Below, piece by piece: positions 1 to 8,155 of a stretch of 32,000 nt of DNA; within the stretch, counting starts at the first letter, position 1; each line of letters starts with the position of its first letter. The notes below the pieces were generated by a model. The model had not been told where the DNA came from. It did no database searches and saw only the letters and a list, made by a program, of their open reading frames with translations. The DNA is from Cupriavidus basilensis. Its GTDB lineage: Bacteria > Pseudomonadota > Gammaproteobacteria > Burkholderiales > Burkholderiaceae. The stretch is taken from contig NZ_JARJLM010000036.1 of assembly GCF_029335485.1 (NCBI RefSeq), positions 31,287 to 63,286 of the forward strand, read 5' to 3'. The translations under genes were made by a program, and so were the position numbers.

Positions 1-1
1 C

Positions 2-703
2 GGCCTGCTGCTACACGGACCCTGGGATGTGGAAGGTGTGGACGAACTGCGCTATGCTGGCTGGTATCTGGTGAATTGCAACCATCGCTCCTGGGTCGAT
101 ATCTTTGTGCTCCAGCGCGTCTTGAACCGACGCATCCCGCTGTTGAAATTCTTCCTGAAACAGCAGTTGGTCTATGTGCCGGTGATCGGCCTGGCATGGT
201 GGGCGCTGGATTTTCCGTTCATGCGCAGGCATTCCAAGGCGGCGCTGCGCAAGCGTCCGGCATTGCGCGCGCAAGACCGCGAGACCACGCGGCGTGCCTG
301 CGCCAAGTTCGCCCTGGTGCCGACCAGCGTAATGAACTTCGCCGAGGGCACGCGCTTTACCCCGGCCAAGCACCAGACCCAGTCTTCGCCCTACCGGCAC
401 CTGCTCAAGCCGAAGGCCGGCGTACTGGCGCTGGCGCTCAACACGATGGGCCCGCGGTTCAGTGCGCTGCTGGACGTCAGCATCGTCTATCCCGACGGCA
501 CTCCAAGTTTCTGGCAACTGGCCTGCGGCCGATCCGGGCGCGTCGTCGTGCGTACTCGCGAACTGCCGATCCCGTCCAATCTCTGTAGAGGTGACTACGA
601 CGGAGATGCCGCGTTCCGCGCCGAGTTTCATCGCTGGCTCACCCAACTGTGGGAAGAAAAGGATCGGCAAATCGAAACAATACTGGCCCAAGCCGGACGC
701 TAA
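2..703 (+). CDS. Glycerolipid acyltransferase (PlsC/lysophospholipid acyltransferase family), 5' end cut by the window edge
   Basis: The frame is open from base 2. It carries the HX4D motif 'NHRSWVD' and the 'FAEGTRF' block typical of this family. TAA stop at 701-703. Confidence 0.8.
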   Translation, partial: GLLLHGPWDVEGVDELRYAGWYLVNCNHRSWVDIFVLQRVLNRRIPLLKFFLKQQLVYVPVIGLAWWALDFPFMRRHSKAALRKRPALRAQDRETTRRACAKFALVPTSVMNFAEGTRFTPAKHQTQSSPYRHLLKPKAGVLALALNTMGPRFSALLDVSIVYPDGTPSFWQLACGRSGRVVVRTRELPIPSNLCRGDYDGDAAFRAEFHRWLTQLWEEKDRQIETILAQAGR

Positions 704-1065
704 CGCAGCGGCGAAGAGTGTGGCCATGTCCCGGTCAGTGCGGGGACGATCCGGCGTCAAGAAATCAAGGACCCGGAAAGCCAGAACGGGTAGCCTGCGC
801 CTGCGGCAGGTTGGGGGAGGGGGCACATCGTTTTGGATAGTGCCGCGCTTGAGTCCAATGACTTGCCATCCCCGTTTCCGCTTGTCGCCGATGTCCGGCA
901 AGGACATCACGTGCCAAGGCCACGCAGGCCGCAACCGGCGCCGTTACGGGCGGCAAGACACGCGTGAACGGACACCGTTCTCAGCCGCTCCGGACAGAGC
1001 CAGAGGGATGCGATTCGCGCGCGGGCTTTGTCTGCCTCGTTCAGGCTGCGAGCATACTTGTCAGG

Positions 1066-1530
1066 CTAGCGGCCGAAGCGCGTCCACAACCACCGGTCCA
1101 CGGACCAGTCGCCCGCGCCTCGGCTCAGCAGTACCAGCAGCATCGCCGCCCACTGAATGTGCGTGGGCCAGGCCTGTGGATAGACAAACACCTCGATGAC
1201 CGCAGTCATGCCGAGCAACACCAGCGCTACGGGCCGTGCGGCCAACCCGAGAACAAGTAGCACGGGCGTCGTCAACTCAATTGATACCGCCAGATAAGCG
1301 GCCAGTTCGGGCGGCAACAGAGGTACCCGGTACTCCTCCCTGAACAGCTCGAGGGCGGTATCCCAGTTAGCCAGCTTGCTCATCGCCGAGCTCCAAAAGA
1401 CTGTGGCCACCGCGAGTCGCAGCGGGATCGCAAGGACTGAGTACGGAATACGCTCAAGGCACGCGACCGCGTGCAGCGCGCGCTGGACCGCGGTCGTGCG
1501 GGTGTGAGCGGACGGTGCTGGATTTGTCAT
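1066..1530 (-). CDS. DoxX-family membrane protein, last gene of the bufferin-type operon
   Basis: The multi-TM sequence ('LRLAVATVFWSSAMSKL...', 'GAGDWSVDRWL') is DoxX-like. I chose the ATG at 1530 because it overlaps the stop of the upstream gene (ATGA at 1527-1530). The longer listed ORF (to 1701) has an Arg-rich, non-protein-like N-terminus. Confidence 0.8.
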   Translation of the reverse strand: MTNPAPSAHTRTTAVQRALHAVACLERIPYSVLAIPLRLAVATVFWSSAMSKLANWDTALELFREEYRVPLLPPELAAYLAVSIELTTPVLLVLGLAARPVALVLLGMTAVIEVFVYPQAWPTHIQWAAMLLVLLSRGAGDWSVDRWLWTRFGR

Positions 1531-2342
1531 GACGAAACGTCCCGGGTGCATTGATCGAAGGTCTGGGCAGCGATGCTGAAGCGCGTGAAGCATCCGCCGG
1601 CCAGAAGCGTGGCGAGCAAACTGTGTATCTCTGCCGGCGTTGTCTCGTCGAGGCAAGCATGGAGCGGCCGCCCCGCGAAAAGAGATGCCGCGATGCGCCA
1701 TTGGCAGCCGTGGAGCCGGTCGATAGCGATGCCGGACTCCGTATGGCGGATAAGCAAGCAGACCGGATCGCCGGCAATGTCGATTGCCTCTAGAGCGTCA
1801 TCGTCGTGGGCCAGCACCGCGCACCAGATAGCGTCCACCGGGTACTCGGATCGCATCAGTTGTGCCGCGGGATGCCTCTCGAAACACGTGCGCCCCATCT
1901 CGGCGTCCGTGAGGCACGTGAGTTGCGCCAATGCAAGGGGTGTGGCCTCAGGGGCATGCTGCACGGTGTTAATGGTCCATTCGAGCCGGGCAGTATCTGG
2001 CAGATAGGAAAGTGTCGCGGCTCGCGGCAGTTGCTCCAGGAAGTCCGGGAATGTCGAGCCGTATTCATCCAGCCACGCGCTCTGCGGTGGAGAAGCTTCC
2101 AGGAAGAGCCTGGCGGCTCCCTCGAAGAATTCCTCGCCGACGAGCGCCTGGACAGCCGGGTAGGAGAGGCGCAGTGCCGTGGATAGCACGCTGATGGCGG
2201 TGTTACGGTAGATGTTCAGCCGCGCTTGCGGTGCCAGGCCACCCGCGACTACGTAGGCCGTCACGCCATTATCGGCGCCGCGTAGCAGGCTCTGGCCGAA
2301 TGCGCGCTGGAGCTCAAGCAGAGTAGGGGCGGTCTGCGTCAT
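1527..2342 (-). CDS. bufC: DUF2063-family protein (BufC-like partner of the MNIO enzyme)
   Basis: 'LLELQRAFGQSLL...LNIYRNTAISVLSTALRLSYPAVQALVGEEFFEGAARLF' matches the DUF2063 N-terminal signature as I remember it. The ATG at 2342 overlaps the 3' end of the DUF692 gene by 29 nt. The stop overlaps the DoxX start. Confidence 0.8.
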   Translation of the reverse strand: MTQTAPTLLELQRAFGQSLLRGADNGVTAYVVAGGLAPQARLNIYRNTAISVLSTALRLSYPAVQALVGEEFFEGAARLFLEASPPQSAWLDEYGSTFPDFLEQLPRAATLSYLPDTARLEWTINTVQHAPEATPLALAQLTCLTDAEMGRTCFERHPAAQLMRSEYPVDAIWCAVLAHDDDALEAIDIAGDPVCLLIRHTESGIAIDRLHGCQWRIAASLFAGRPLHACLDETTPAEIHSLLATLLAGGCFTRFSIAAQTFDQCTRDVSS

Positions 2343-3204
2343 GGCGTTGGTGCTCCAGAGCTGTTTCGGCAATAGCAGCCTCACTCATCAGGACATCGAG
2401 CGCCGGCACATTGGTGTCCCATTCGATCAGCGTGGGAATCGGTCCGAACCGCTTGAGGGCTGCGCGATAGAGCTTCCAGACTTCCGGTGCAACACGCGAG
2501 CCATGGTCGTCGATGAGGATCGTTGGCCCCTGCTCGATTTGCCTGACGCTGTGACCGGCAAGATGGATCTCGCCGACCACCTCCGGCGGCAGCGCTGCAA
2601 TGTAAGCTGAGGCATCCCAGCCATGATTGCTTGCACTGACATAGACGTTATTGACGTCGCACAGAATGCCGCAGCCAGTGCGGCGCGCGACCGCGGAGAG
2701 AAACTCCCACTCCGGAATGGTGGAGTGACGAAAACGAAGGTAGGTCGAGGGATTCTCAACCAGGATGCGCCGCCTCAGGTGGGTCTGGACCTGATCGACG
2801 TGGCGGCATACGATGTCCAGCGCCTCTTCGGTCATGGGCAGGGGCAACAGGTCGCCAAGATACGTCCCGCCGGCGACGCTCCATGACAGGTGCTCCGACA
2901 CCAGTCCGGGCTCGATCCGCTCGACGACATTCCGTATTCGCGCAAGATGGGCCGGAACTAGCCCCTCGGCACTGCCCAGGGACAGGCCGACCCCATGCAG
3001 CGAGATGGGGTAGTCCCGGCGAATCGCGTCCAGGTAGCGCGCCGCCGTGCCTCCGCCCATGTAGTTCTCGCTATGTACTTCGAACCAGGCGACGCCAGGC
3101 CGTTCTCCGAGGACCTCTTGATGGTGCCGGAAGCGCAGTCCGACTCCCGCGCTGGCCGGAATCAGACCGAATGCGCCTTGCTTTGCCGCAATTGACGTAC
3201 GCAT
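2314..3204 (-). CDS. bufB: DUF692 / MNIO (MbnB-like multinuclear non-haem iron oxidative) enzyme
   Basis: 'GVGLRFRHHQEVL...WFEVHSENYMGGG...LHGVGLSLGS...SEHLSW...LVENPSTYL...IHLAGH...LIEWD' is the DUF692 TIM-barrel pattern. I chose the ATG at 3204 (MRTSIAAKQ). The upstream part of the 430-aa listed ORF overlaps the precursor gene in another frame and looks non-coding. Confidence 0.85.
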   Translation of the reverse strand: MRTSIAAKQGAFGLIPASAGVGLRFRHHQEVLGERPGVAWFEVHSENYMGGGTAARYLDAIRRDYPISLHGVGLSLGSAEGLVPAHLARIRNVVERIEPGLVSEHLSWSVAGGTYLGDLLPLPMTEEALDIVCRHVDQVQTHLRRRILVENPSTYLRFRHSTIPEWEFLSAVARRTGCGILCDVNNVYVSASNHGWDASAYIAALPPEVVGEIHLAGHSVRQIEQGPTILIDDHGSRVAPEVWKLYRAALKRFGPIPTLIEWDTNVPALDVLMSEAAIAETALEHQRHDADRPYSA

Positions 3205-3218
3205 CTGCAGGCACTCGC

Positions 3219-3539
3219 TTATGTGGCCTTCAGCTTGCCGCCTTGAATCTTGGTGCAGTCTCCTGCTGGCAACAGCACGAAAGATCTCGAATCGCGAGCT
3301 TGGGTGGATTGCCCGGCACAGGAATGGGCTCCTTCGGCGCAATCGTTCTTGGCCACGGCGTTGATCCCATAGCACTTTTCGAGCTTGCCCTTCTCCATCC
3401 TGGCCATGTTGTCCTTGACGATCTGCGGCATACCGCTCATGTCCTTCATGGCCTGTGCCTGAGCTGGCGCGGCCTGCATGGCGAGCGCCAGGCCAATCGC
3501 TGTCGACAGGGACGAGGCGGCCAATACATGCTTGTTCAT
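3219..3539 (-). CDS. bufA: DUF2282-type secreted RiPP precursor (bufferin BufA1-like), 106 aa
   Basis: There is a GGAGGA Shine-Dalgarno sequence upstream of the ATG at 3539. The Sec signal peptide is 'MNKHVLAASSLSTAIGLALAMQAAPAQA'. The four-Cys core is 'EKCYGINAVAKNDCAEGAHSCAGQS...LLPAGDCTKIQGG'. The gene lies 14 nt upstream of the MNIO gene. Confidence 0.8.
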   Translation of the reverse strand: MNKHVLAASSLSTAIGLALAMQAAPAQAQAMKDMSGMPQIVKDNMARMEKGKLEKCYGINAVAKNDCAEGAHSCAGQSTQARDSRSFVLLPAGDCTKIQGGKLKAT

Positions 3540-3593
3540 CTTGCATCCTCCGCACGCTTTTGCGGCCCCGGGGATTGGGGTCGTGTGAAGAGA

Positions 3594-3619
3594 TTCGGCG
3601 TGGCAAGGTAAAAGGTTAC
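3594..3619 (-). promoter_or_regulatory. Candidate ECF (SigF-type) promoter, GTAACC-N16-CGAA, upstream of the precursor gene
   Basis: The minus strand reads GTAACC (3619-3614), then exactly 16 nt, then CGAA (3597-3594). This is about 55 nt upstream of the bufA-like ATG. It matches the motif I recall for Caulobacter SigF-dependent promoters, a recollection that needs checking. Confidence 0.4.
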
Positions 3620-3802
3620 CTGCGGTATGAATATTTTTTGCGCGACAGAATTTCATCTTCGAAGCAAAATCCGAACATGCCCCAACATCCGGATCGTCGT
3701 GGCGCTCTCCACAGCCTCGTGAAGGAGGCTGCGGACTCGCTTGCGCCTGATCGCCAGCCGGAGCTGCCGGCAACTCGCCCCGACGGGACGCCCGATTGGT
3801 CT

Positions 3803-4327
3803 ATGGAAATGGAGCGGGCACAAGGTGGCGACCGCGGCGCCTACCGCCGTCTTCTGGAGGACATCACGCCCTACCTGCGGGCGCTCGCCGCGCGCCAGAT
3901 GCACAACCGGAGCGACATCGAGGACGCAGTACAGGACATCCTGCTAACGGTGCATTCGGTACGCCATACCTATGACCCTAGCCGCCCGTTCGGCCCCTGG
4001 CTAGTCGCCATTGCCAACCGGCGCATCGTCGACGGACTACGCAGGAGAGGGCGCACGGGGATTCACGAAACGCCGTTTGAATCCGAGAACGAAACCTTTA
4101 TGGATCCAGCCGCGAACCTGCAGGAAGAAGCGGTGGATGCGCGTACCGTACGCGAGGCCGTTCAACAGCTGCCGGCCGGACAGCGCGATGCGCTTCGCAT
4201 GCTGAAGCTTGAGGAGATGTCCCTGAAGGAGGCGTCGGCAGCTAGCGGTATGTCGGTCGCGGCGTTGAAAGTGGCCGTCCACAGGGCTTTGAAAACGCTG
4301 CGTAGATTGATAGGCCCCGCGAGGTAG
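3803..4327 (+). CDS. sigF: ECF-family RNA polymerase sigma factor (SigF-like)
   Basis: Region 2 is 'DIEDAVQDILLTVHSVRHTYDPSRPFGPWLVAIANRRIVDGLRR'. Region 4 is 'LPAGQRDALRMLKLEEMSLKEASAASGMSVAALKVAVHRALKTLR'. The start is uncertain. ATG 3803 (MEMERAQGGD) gives a typical ECF length. ATG 3677 is an in-frame alternative with weaker third-position GC. Confidence 0.85.
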   Translation: MEMERAQGGDRGAYRRLLEDITPYLRALAARQMHNRSDIEDAVQDILLTVHSVRHTYDPSRPFGPWLVAIANRRIVDGLRRRGRTGIHETPFESENETFMDPAANLQEEAVDARTVREAVQQLPAGQRDALRMLKLEEMSLKEASAASGMSVAALKVAVHRALKTLRRLIGPAR

Positions 4328-4333
4328 CGAAAG

Positions 4334-4987
4334 ATGATTCCGACCGCCGACTTGATCGACTCTCTCGTTGAAAATGCACCGCCCATACGACGGCTTCGCT
4401 CACCTGTCGTGCGCGCAGCGTGCTGGCTGCTGTTTGCTGTGTTGGTGCTCGCGCTTGTCGCCGTTGGTCATGGCGTGCGGTCGGATTTGGCGCTCAAGCT
4501 TCATCAGCCCGCGTTTGTGATCAGCATTGCCAGTGCATTGGCGACGGGCGCGATGGCAGCGGTAGCGGTATTCCTTGCCAGCATCCCGGGCCGGTCTCGG
4601 CGATGGCTGCTATTGCCGGCACCGGCAATGCTCGTCTGGATCTCCACAATCGGCTACGGCTGCCTGACTGGCTGGATAAGCATCGGCCCGGATGGTCTGA
4701 ACCTTGGCGAGACAGCACGCTGCTTTGCGACATTGGCAATGGTAAGCATACCGCTGTCGCTAGCGTTGCTGATCATGCTGCGCTATGTGGCGCGGTTGGC
4801 GCCAGCGTCGATCGCAATGGTGGCCAGCCTGTCGATCGCCGCCATGGCAGCGACTGCCCTTTCACTCCTCCACCCGTTGGATGCTACGCTTATGGTCCTT
4901 ATCTCGAATCTCGGCGTCGCAGCCCTTTTTTTACTGGCTGGTGGCCTATTGGGTCACCGGCTCTTCGGGTGGGTAGCTACGGTGTGA
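4334..4987 (+). CDS. nrsF: DUF1109 / NrsF-like six-TM anti-sigma factor
   Basis: It starts 7 nt after the sigma gene, with a GAGG RBS. The N-terminus 'LIDSLVENAPPIRRL' is followed by about six hydrophobic segments, and Cys residues sit in loop regions ('GYGCLTGW', 'ETARCFATL'). This is the typical NrsF architecture. Confidence 0.8.
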   Translation: MIPTADLIDSLVENAPPIRRLRSPVVRAACWLLFAVLVLALVAVGHGVRSDLALKLHQPAFVISIASALATGAMAAVAVFLASIPGRSRRWLLLPAPAMLVWISTIGYGCLTGWISIGPDGLNLGETARCFATLAMVSIPLSLALLIMLRYVARLAPASIAMVASLSIAAMAATALSLLHPLDATLMVLISNLGVAALFLLAGGLLGHRLFGWVATV

Positions 4988-5179
4988 GGGCCTTCATGCA
5001 AGAATCATGCGGGCTGTGCGGATGCGGTGTGCCAAGAAGATTAAGAAACGCAATGGCGTGTGTATCACTCCGATGATTGCGGACCTTGCGAAAGCGCTCC
5101 CGGCACTGTTAGAAAAATGTCGTGAAATGCATCCGAGCCCGCGAGCCGAATCGTCAATGCCTGCAGTCAACGATCAAGT

Positions 5180-5494
5180 TCAGTCATCGTCGTCGTGCCA
5201 ACGATGCCAATCGCGGTGTCGCTCGCGCCATTCGCGTTCTCTCCAGCGTCTTTCACGCCATTGCTGTTCGCGCCATGCACGGGCTTGCCAATCGTCGTAG
5301 TAGCCGGGCGCAACCACGACCGGCTGGGGGGCGACATAAACGGGCGCCGGCTCATAGTAAACGGGCGGGGGAGGCGCAACCACGGCCGGCCAAGGCAGGC
5401 CGATGCCAATTCCTACGTCGACTCGTGCCTCGGCGACGCCTGAGATAAGGCCGGCGGCGCCAGCCAGCAGGCCAATTGCCAAGATCTTTCGCAT
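5180..5494 (-). CDS. Small secreted protein with a Pro/Val-rich (PXPV-like) segment and a W/R/E-rich, acidic C-terminal tail
   Basis: AGGAG RBS is present. The signal peptide is 'MRKILAIGLLAGAAGLISGVAEA'. It is followed by 'PPPPVYYEPAPVYVAPQPVVVAPGYY' and then 'WREQQWRERRWREREWRERHRDWHRWHDDDD'. Confidence 0.6.
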   Translation of the reverse strand: MRKILAIGLLAGAAGLISGVAEARVDVGIGIGLPWPAVVAPPPPVYYEPAPVYVAPQPVVVAPGYYDDWQARAWREQQWRERRWREREWRERHRDWHRWHDDDD

Positions 5495-5986
5495 GATGCT
5501 GCTCCTGATGATTCTGCAAGTACTCTATGCCGCCATTGTTCAGTTGCGTATTCGCAGAATTAAAGACGGGTTACCGTCTGTAACGATGCGCATGCTGCAG
5601 CGTTGACGCCTTGGCCGATGGAAGGGCGCCAATCGTGTAAGCAGGTGTATCAGGAGCGCATGCACCTATTGCCGACCCATAGCGTTGCCGCTGCAGAATA
5701 CATATGACATCAATATTGCTTGTCATTAAATAAAAACATTTAACGTCTTATGGGATGTTTCAATCTACTGACAACTTTCGCCTTCAAGCGTTAAATAGAT
5801 CTCTTTTTCGGTCAATATTTGCATCCGAGCAACACTTTCTCTCCTGGCTAAACTTTCGGGCGAAGTGGGCTGTGAACTTGCTGGTCGTCTCTCTATAATC
5901 CGGAATGCAAATTATTTGTATTCGTCTTTCGATGCGAATGCAGATGTACCGACCATAAGAAATCGCGCGCGACGCGCACCAGGGAT

Positions 5987-6682
5987 ATGACAACAAGAGC
6001 CAGCCGCGCGCAACGGCATCAGGGGAGGAGACGTGGGCGTGGATTGGCCAGCTGGGCCGCGACGGCCACGTGTAGCTTCCAGCCTAGTGGCAAGGCGGTG
6101 GACGGCTTCTTCCGCGATGGCCGCGCGGCCTCGCTGGCCGATCAGGCCGAGTTGCCGTTCACCACGCTTTTCGAGATGGCCAATGCCTCGGCGGACGAAG
6201 TGCTCGCGCGATTGCTGACGCACCCCTACCTGGCTGAGTTCACTGCGGTCCCGATCCGCACGCGTTTGTGCGGCCCATTCAAGGTGCCGGCCCTGCGCGA
6301 GATCGCGCTGACCGCACCGTATTTCCACAATGGCGTGTTCGAGACGCTTGAGGAAGCCGTGACGTGGTACATCACGCGCGATACCGATTCCACGCGCTGG
6401 TACCTCAAGGCTGACGGCACCCCCGGCATCCCTTGCAACGACCTGCCCACGGCTTATGTCGGCCATATCAACGTGGCCGAAGTGCCCTACATCCCCCGCC
6501 TGGCCCCGACTCTGACCAATAGCGAGATCGCCGATCTGGCGCGTTTCCTGTGCGCCCTGACCGACGGGTTCGATGTCACCAATCCGGCGGCCTGCCAAGT
6601 ACCGGCGCAATGCCAGTCCACCGCGGCCAGTGTGGCCGCTACGCGCGCCGGAGCGGCTGCGCTTGCCACGCAAAGCAACTAA
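5987..6682 (+). pseudogene. Di-haem cytochrome c peroxidase (CCP/MauG family) remnant lacking both CXXCH haem motifs
   Basis: It keeps 'FFRDGRAASLADQAELPF..EMANAS' and 'FKVPALREIALTAPYFHNGVFETLEEAV', both CCP hallmarks. There is no CXXCH anywhere. Only about 60 aa separate the two blocks, which are far further apart in the CCP-family layout as I recall it. The N-terminal third is replaced by AT-rich DNA. Confidence 0.5.
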
Positions 6683-6697
6683 ACAGGAAGGAGAGAG

Positions 6698-8083
6698 ATG
6701 AAACGAACCATGATTGCCGCGGCGGTGCTCGCCGCGGTGGGGACGCCTGCGCTTGCCGCACCGGGCAATGCCAGCCCGGTGGTGGTGCAACAGCTCGAGC
6801 GCAGGATTGACGACATGGCCAGCCAGCTCGACGCCCTCAAGGCCGAACTCAAGGCCATGAAGGCGCAGAACACGGCGCTGGCGACGCAGCAGCAGACGCA
6901 GGCCAGGCAGCAAGCCGACCAGACCGCCCAGGTTGCGCAGCTGCAGGCCTCGCAGGAAAGCCTGCAGCAGGTCGCCGCCAAGCCGTCGCCGCTGGATAAC
7001 CTGAGCGTGTTCGGCTACGGCGAGATCAACTATTCGCGTCCGACCCGCAACACCAACGATACCCGCGCCGATATCGGGCGTGCCGTGTTCGGCTTCGGCT
7101 ACCGCTTCGACGAGAAGACCCGCTTTGCCTCCGAGTTCGAGGTCGAGCACGCAATTGCCTCTTCGTCCGATCCCGGCGAGTTCGAGGTGGAGCAGTTCTA
7201 CGTCGACCACATGTTCACCCCCAAGGTCGGCATGACCGCCGGCCTGTTCCTGATGCCGGTCGGTCTGATCAACGAGCATCACGAGCCCACCGCGTACTAT
7301 GGCGTCTACCGCAACTTCGTCGAGACCCTGATCATCCCCAGTACCTGGCGTGAAGGCGGTTTTGCCCTGCACGGCAATACGGATATTGGTCTCGACTGGA
7401 ACGTGGGCCTGACCACCGGGCTCGATCTGGCCAAGTGGAATTTCGCGACACAGACCCCACTCTACAATTCCGCGCTGGAACTGCAAACCAATAGCGTGGC
7501 GCCAATGCAGGCGACCCACCAGGAAATGGCCCTGGCCAATGCGAAGAACGCCTCGCAGTATGTGTCGCTGAACTATCGCGGCGTGCCCGGGATGCTGCTG
7601 GGTGGCTCGGTGTTTACCGGTAACGCAAACCCGGCGCCAGGCGCCGGCAGCCAGCGTGCGACCCTCTGGGAGACCCATGCGCGCTGGACACCAGGCAAGT
7701 GGGACCTGTCCGCGCTCTATGCGCAGGGCAGCATCAGCAATACCGCCAAGGTCAACGCCCAGTTCCCCGGCACCGCGAACCCGATGCCAGCCTCCTTCTA
7801 CGGCTGGTACCTGCAGGCTGCATACAGCCTGTGGCAGCACGGCAGCTATCGTGCTGTGCCGTTCGCGCGCTATGAGCGCTACAACATGGGCGCCAAGTAT
7901 GACGGCATCGCCCCGGACTTCTCGGCGCAGGCAACGGGGTTCCCCAAACCGTACGATACGGTCTGGACGGCAGGTCTGAACTTCTACCTGAACCCGAACG
8001 TGGTGTTCAAGGTCGATTACCAGCGCTTCCGAACCAACCGCGATTTCAGCCGGTTTGACCTGGGTCTGGGCGTTTATTTCTGA
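6698..8083 (+). CDS. Outer-membrane beta-barrel porin with an N-terminal coiled coil
   Basis: Strong RBS (GGAAGGAGAG). Signal peptide 'MKRTMIAAAVLAAVGTPALA'. A Q/A/L-rich heptad segment follows. Alternating beta-strand pattern ends in a C-terminal 'LGLGVYF' with terminal Phe. Confidence 0.75.
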   Translation: MKRTMIAAAVLAAVGTPALAAPGNASPVVVQQLERRIDDMASQLDALKAELKAMKAQNTALATQQQTQARQQADQTAQVAQLQASQESLQQVAAKPSPLDNLSVFGYGEINYSRPTRNTNDTRADIGRAVFGFGYRFDEKTRFASEFEVEHAIASSSDPGEFEVEQFYVDHMFTPKVGMTAGLFLMPVGLINEHHEPTAYYGVYRNFVETLIIPSTWREGGFALHGNTDIGLDWNVGLTTGLDLAKWNFATQTPLYNSALELQTNSVAPMQATHQEMALANAKNASQYVSLNYRGVPGMLLGGSVFTGNANPAPGAGSQRATLWETHARWTPGKWDLSALYAQGSISNTAKVNAQFPGTANPMPASFYGWYLQAAYSLWQHGSYRAVPFARYERYNMGAKYDGIAPDFSAQATGFPKPYDTVWTAGLNFYLNPNVVFKVDYQRFRTNRDFSRFDLGLGVYF

Positions 8084-8155
8084 CCGTTCACCCGCTACCC
8101 CGGCACACCGGCGCCTTCACTGTGCGTCGATTTGCCGGCGACAAAGGAAGCATCG

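Noticed and set aside
11-934. 307-aa minus-strand ORF and other overlapping ORFs (76-588, 462-1199)
   Set aside because: They overlap the acyltransferase gene, which has clear catalytic motifs, and their translations are compositionally biased.
3205-3773. N-terminal extensions of the listed ORFs 2314-3606, 3219-3773 and 3455-4327
   Set aside because: The extensions overlap each other and the divergent promoter region, and their composition is not protein-like. Internal ATGs with RBS, signal peptide or family-typical N-termini give coherent gene models.
5551-5574. GTAACC...CGAA pair upstream of the 5180-5494 gene as a second SigF-type promoter
   Set aside because: The spacer is 14 nt rather than 16 nt, and ECF promoters are normally strict about spacing. 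I kept it only as a weak remark in the finding for that gene.
5912-7840. 642-aa ORF on the minus strand covering the CCP remnant and the porin gene
   Set aside because: Its translation is Arg/Gly/Ala/Leu-rich low complexity with no motifs. It is antisense to a well-supported porin gene that has an RBS and signal peptide. This is the typical long shadow ORF of high-GC DNA.
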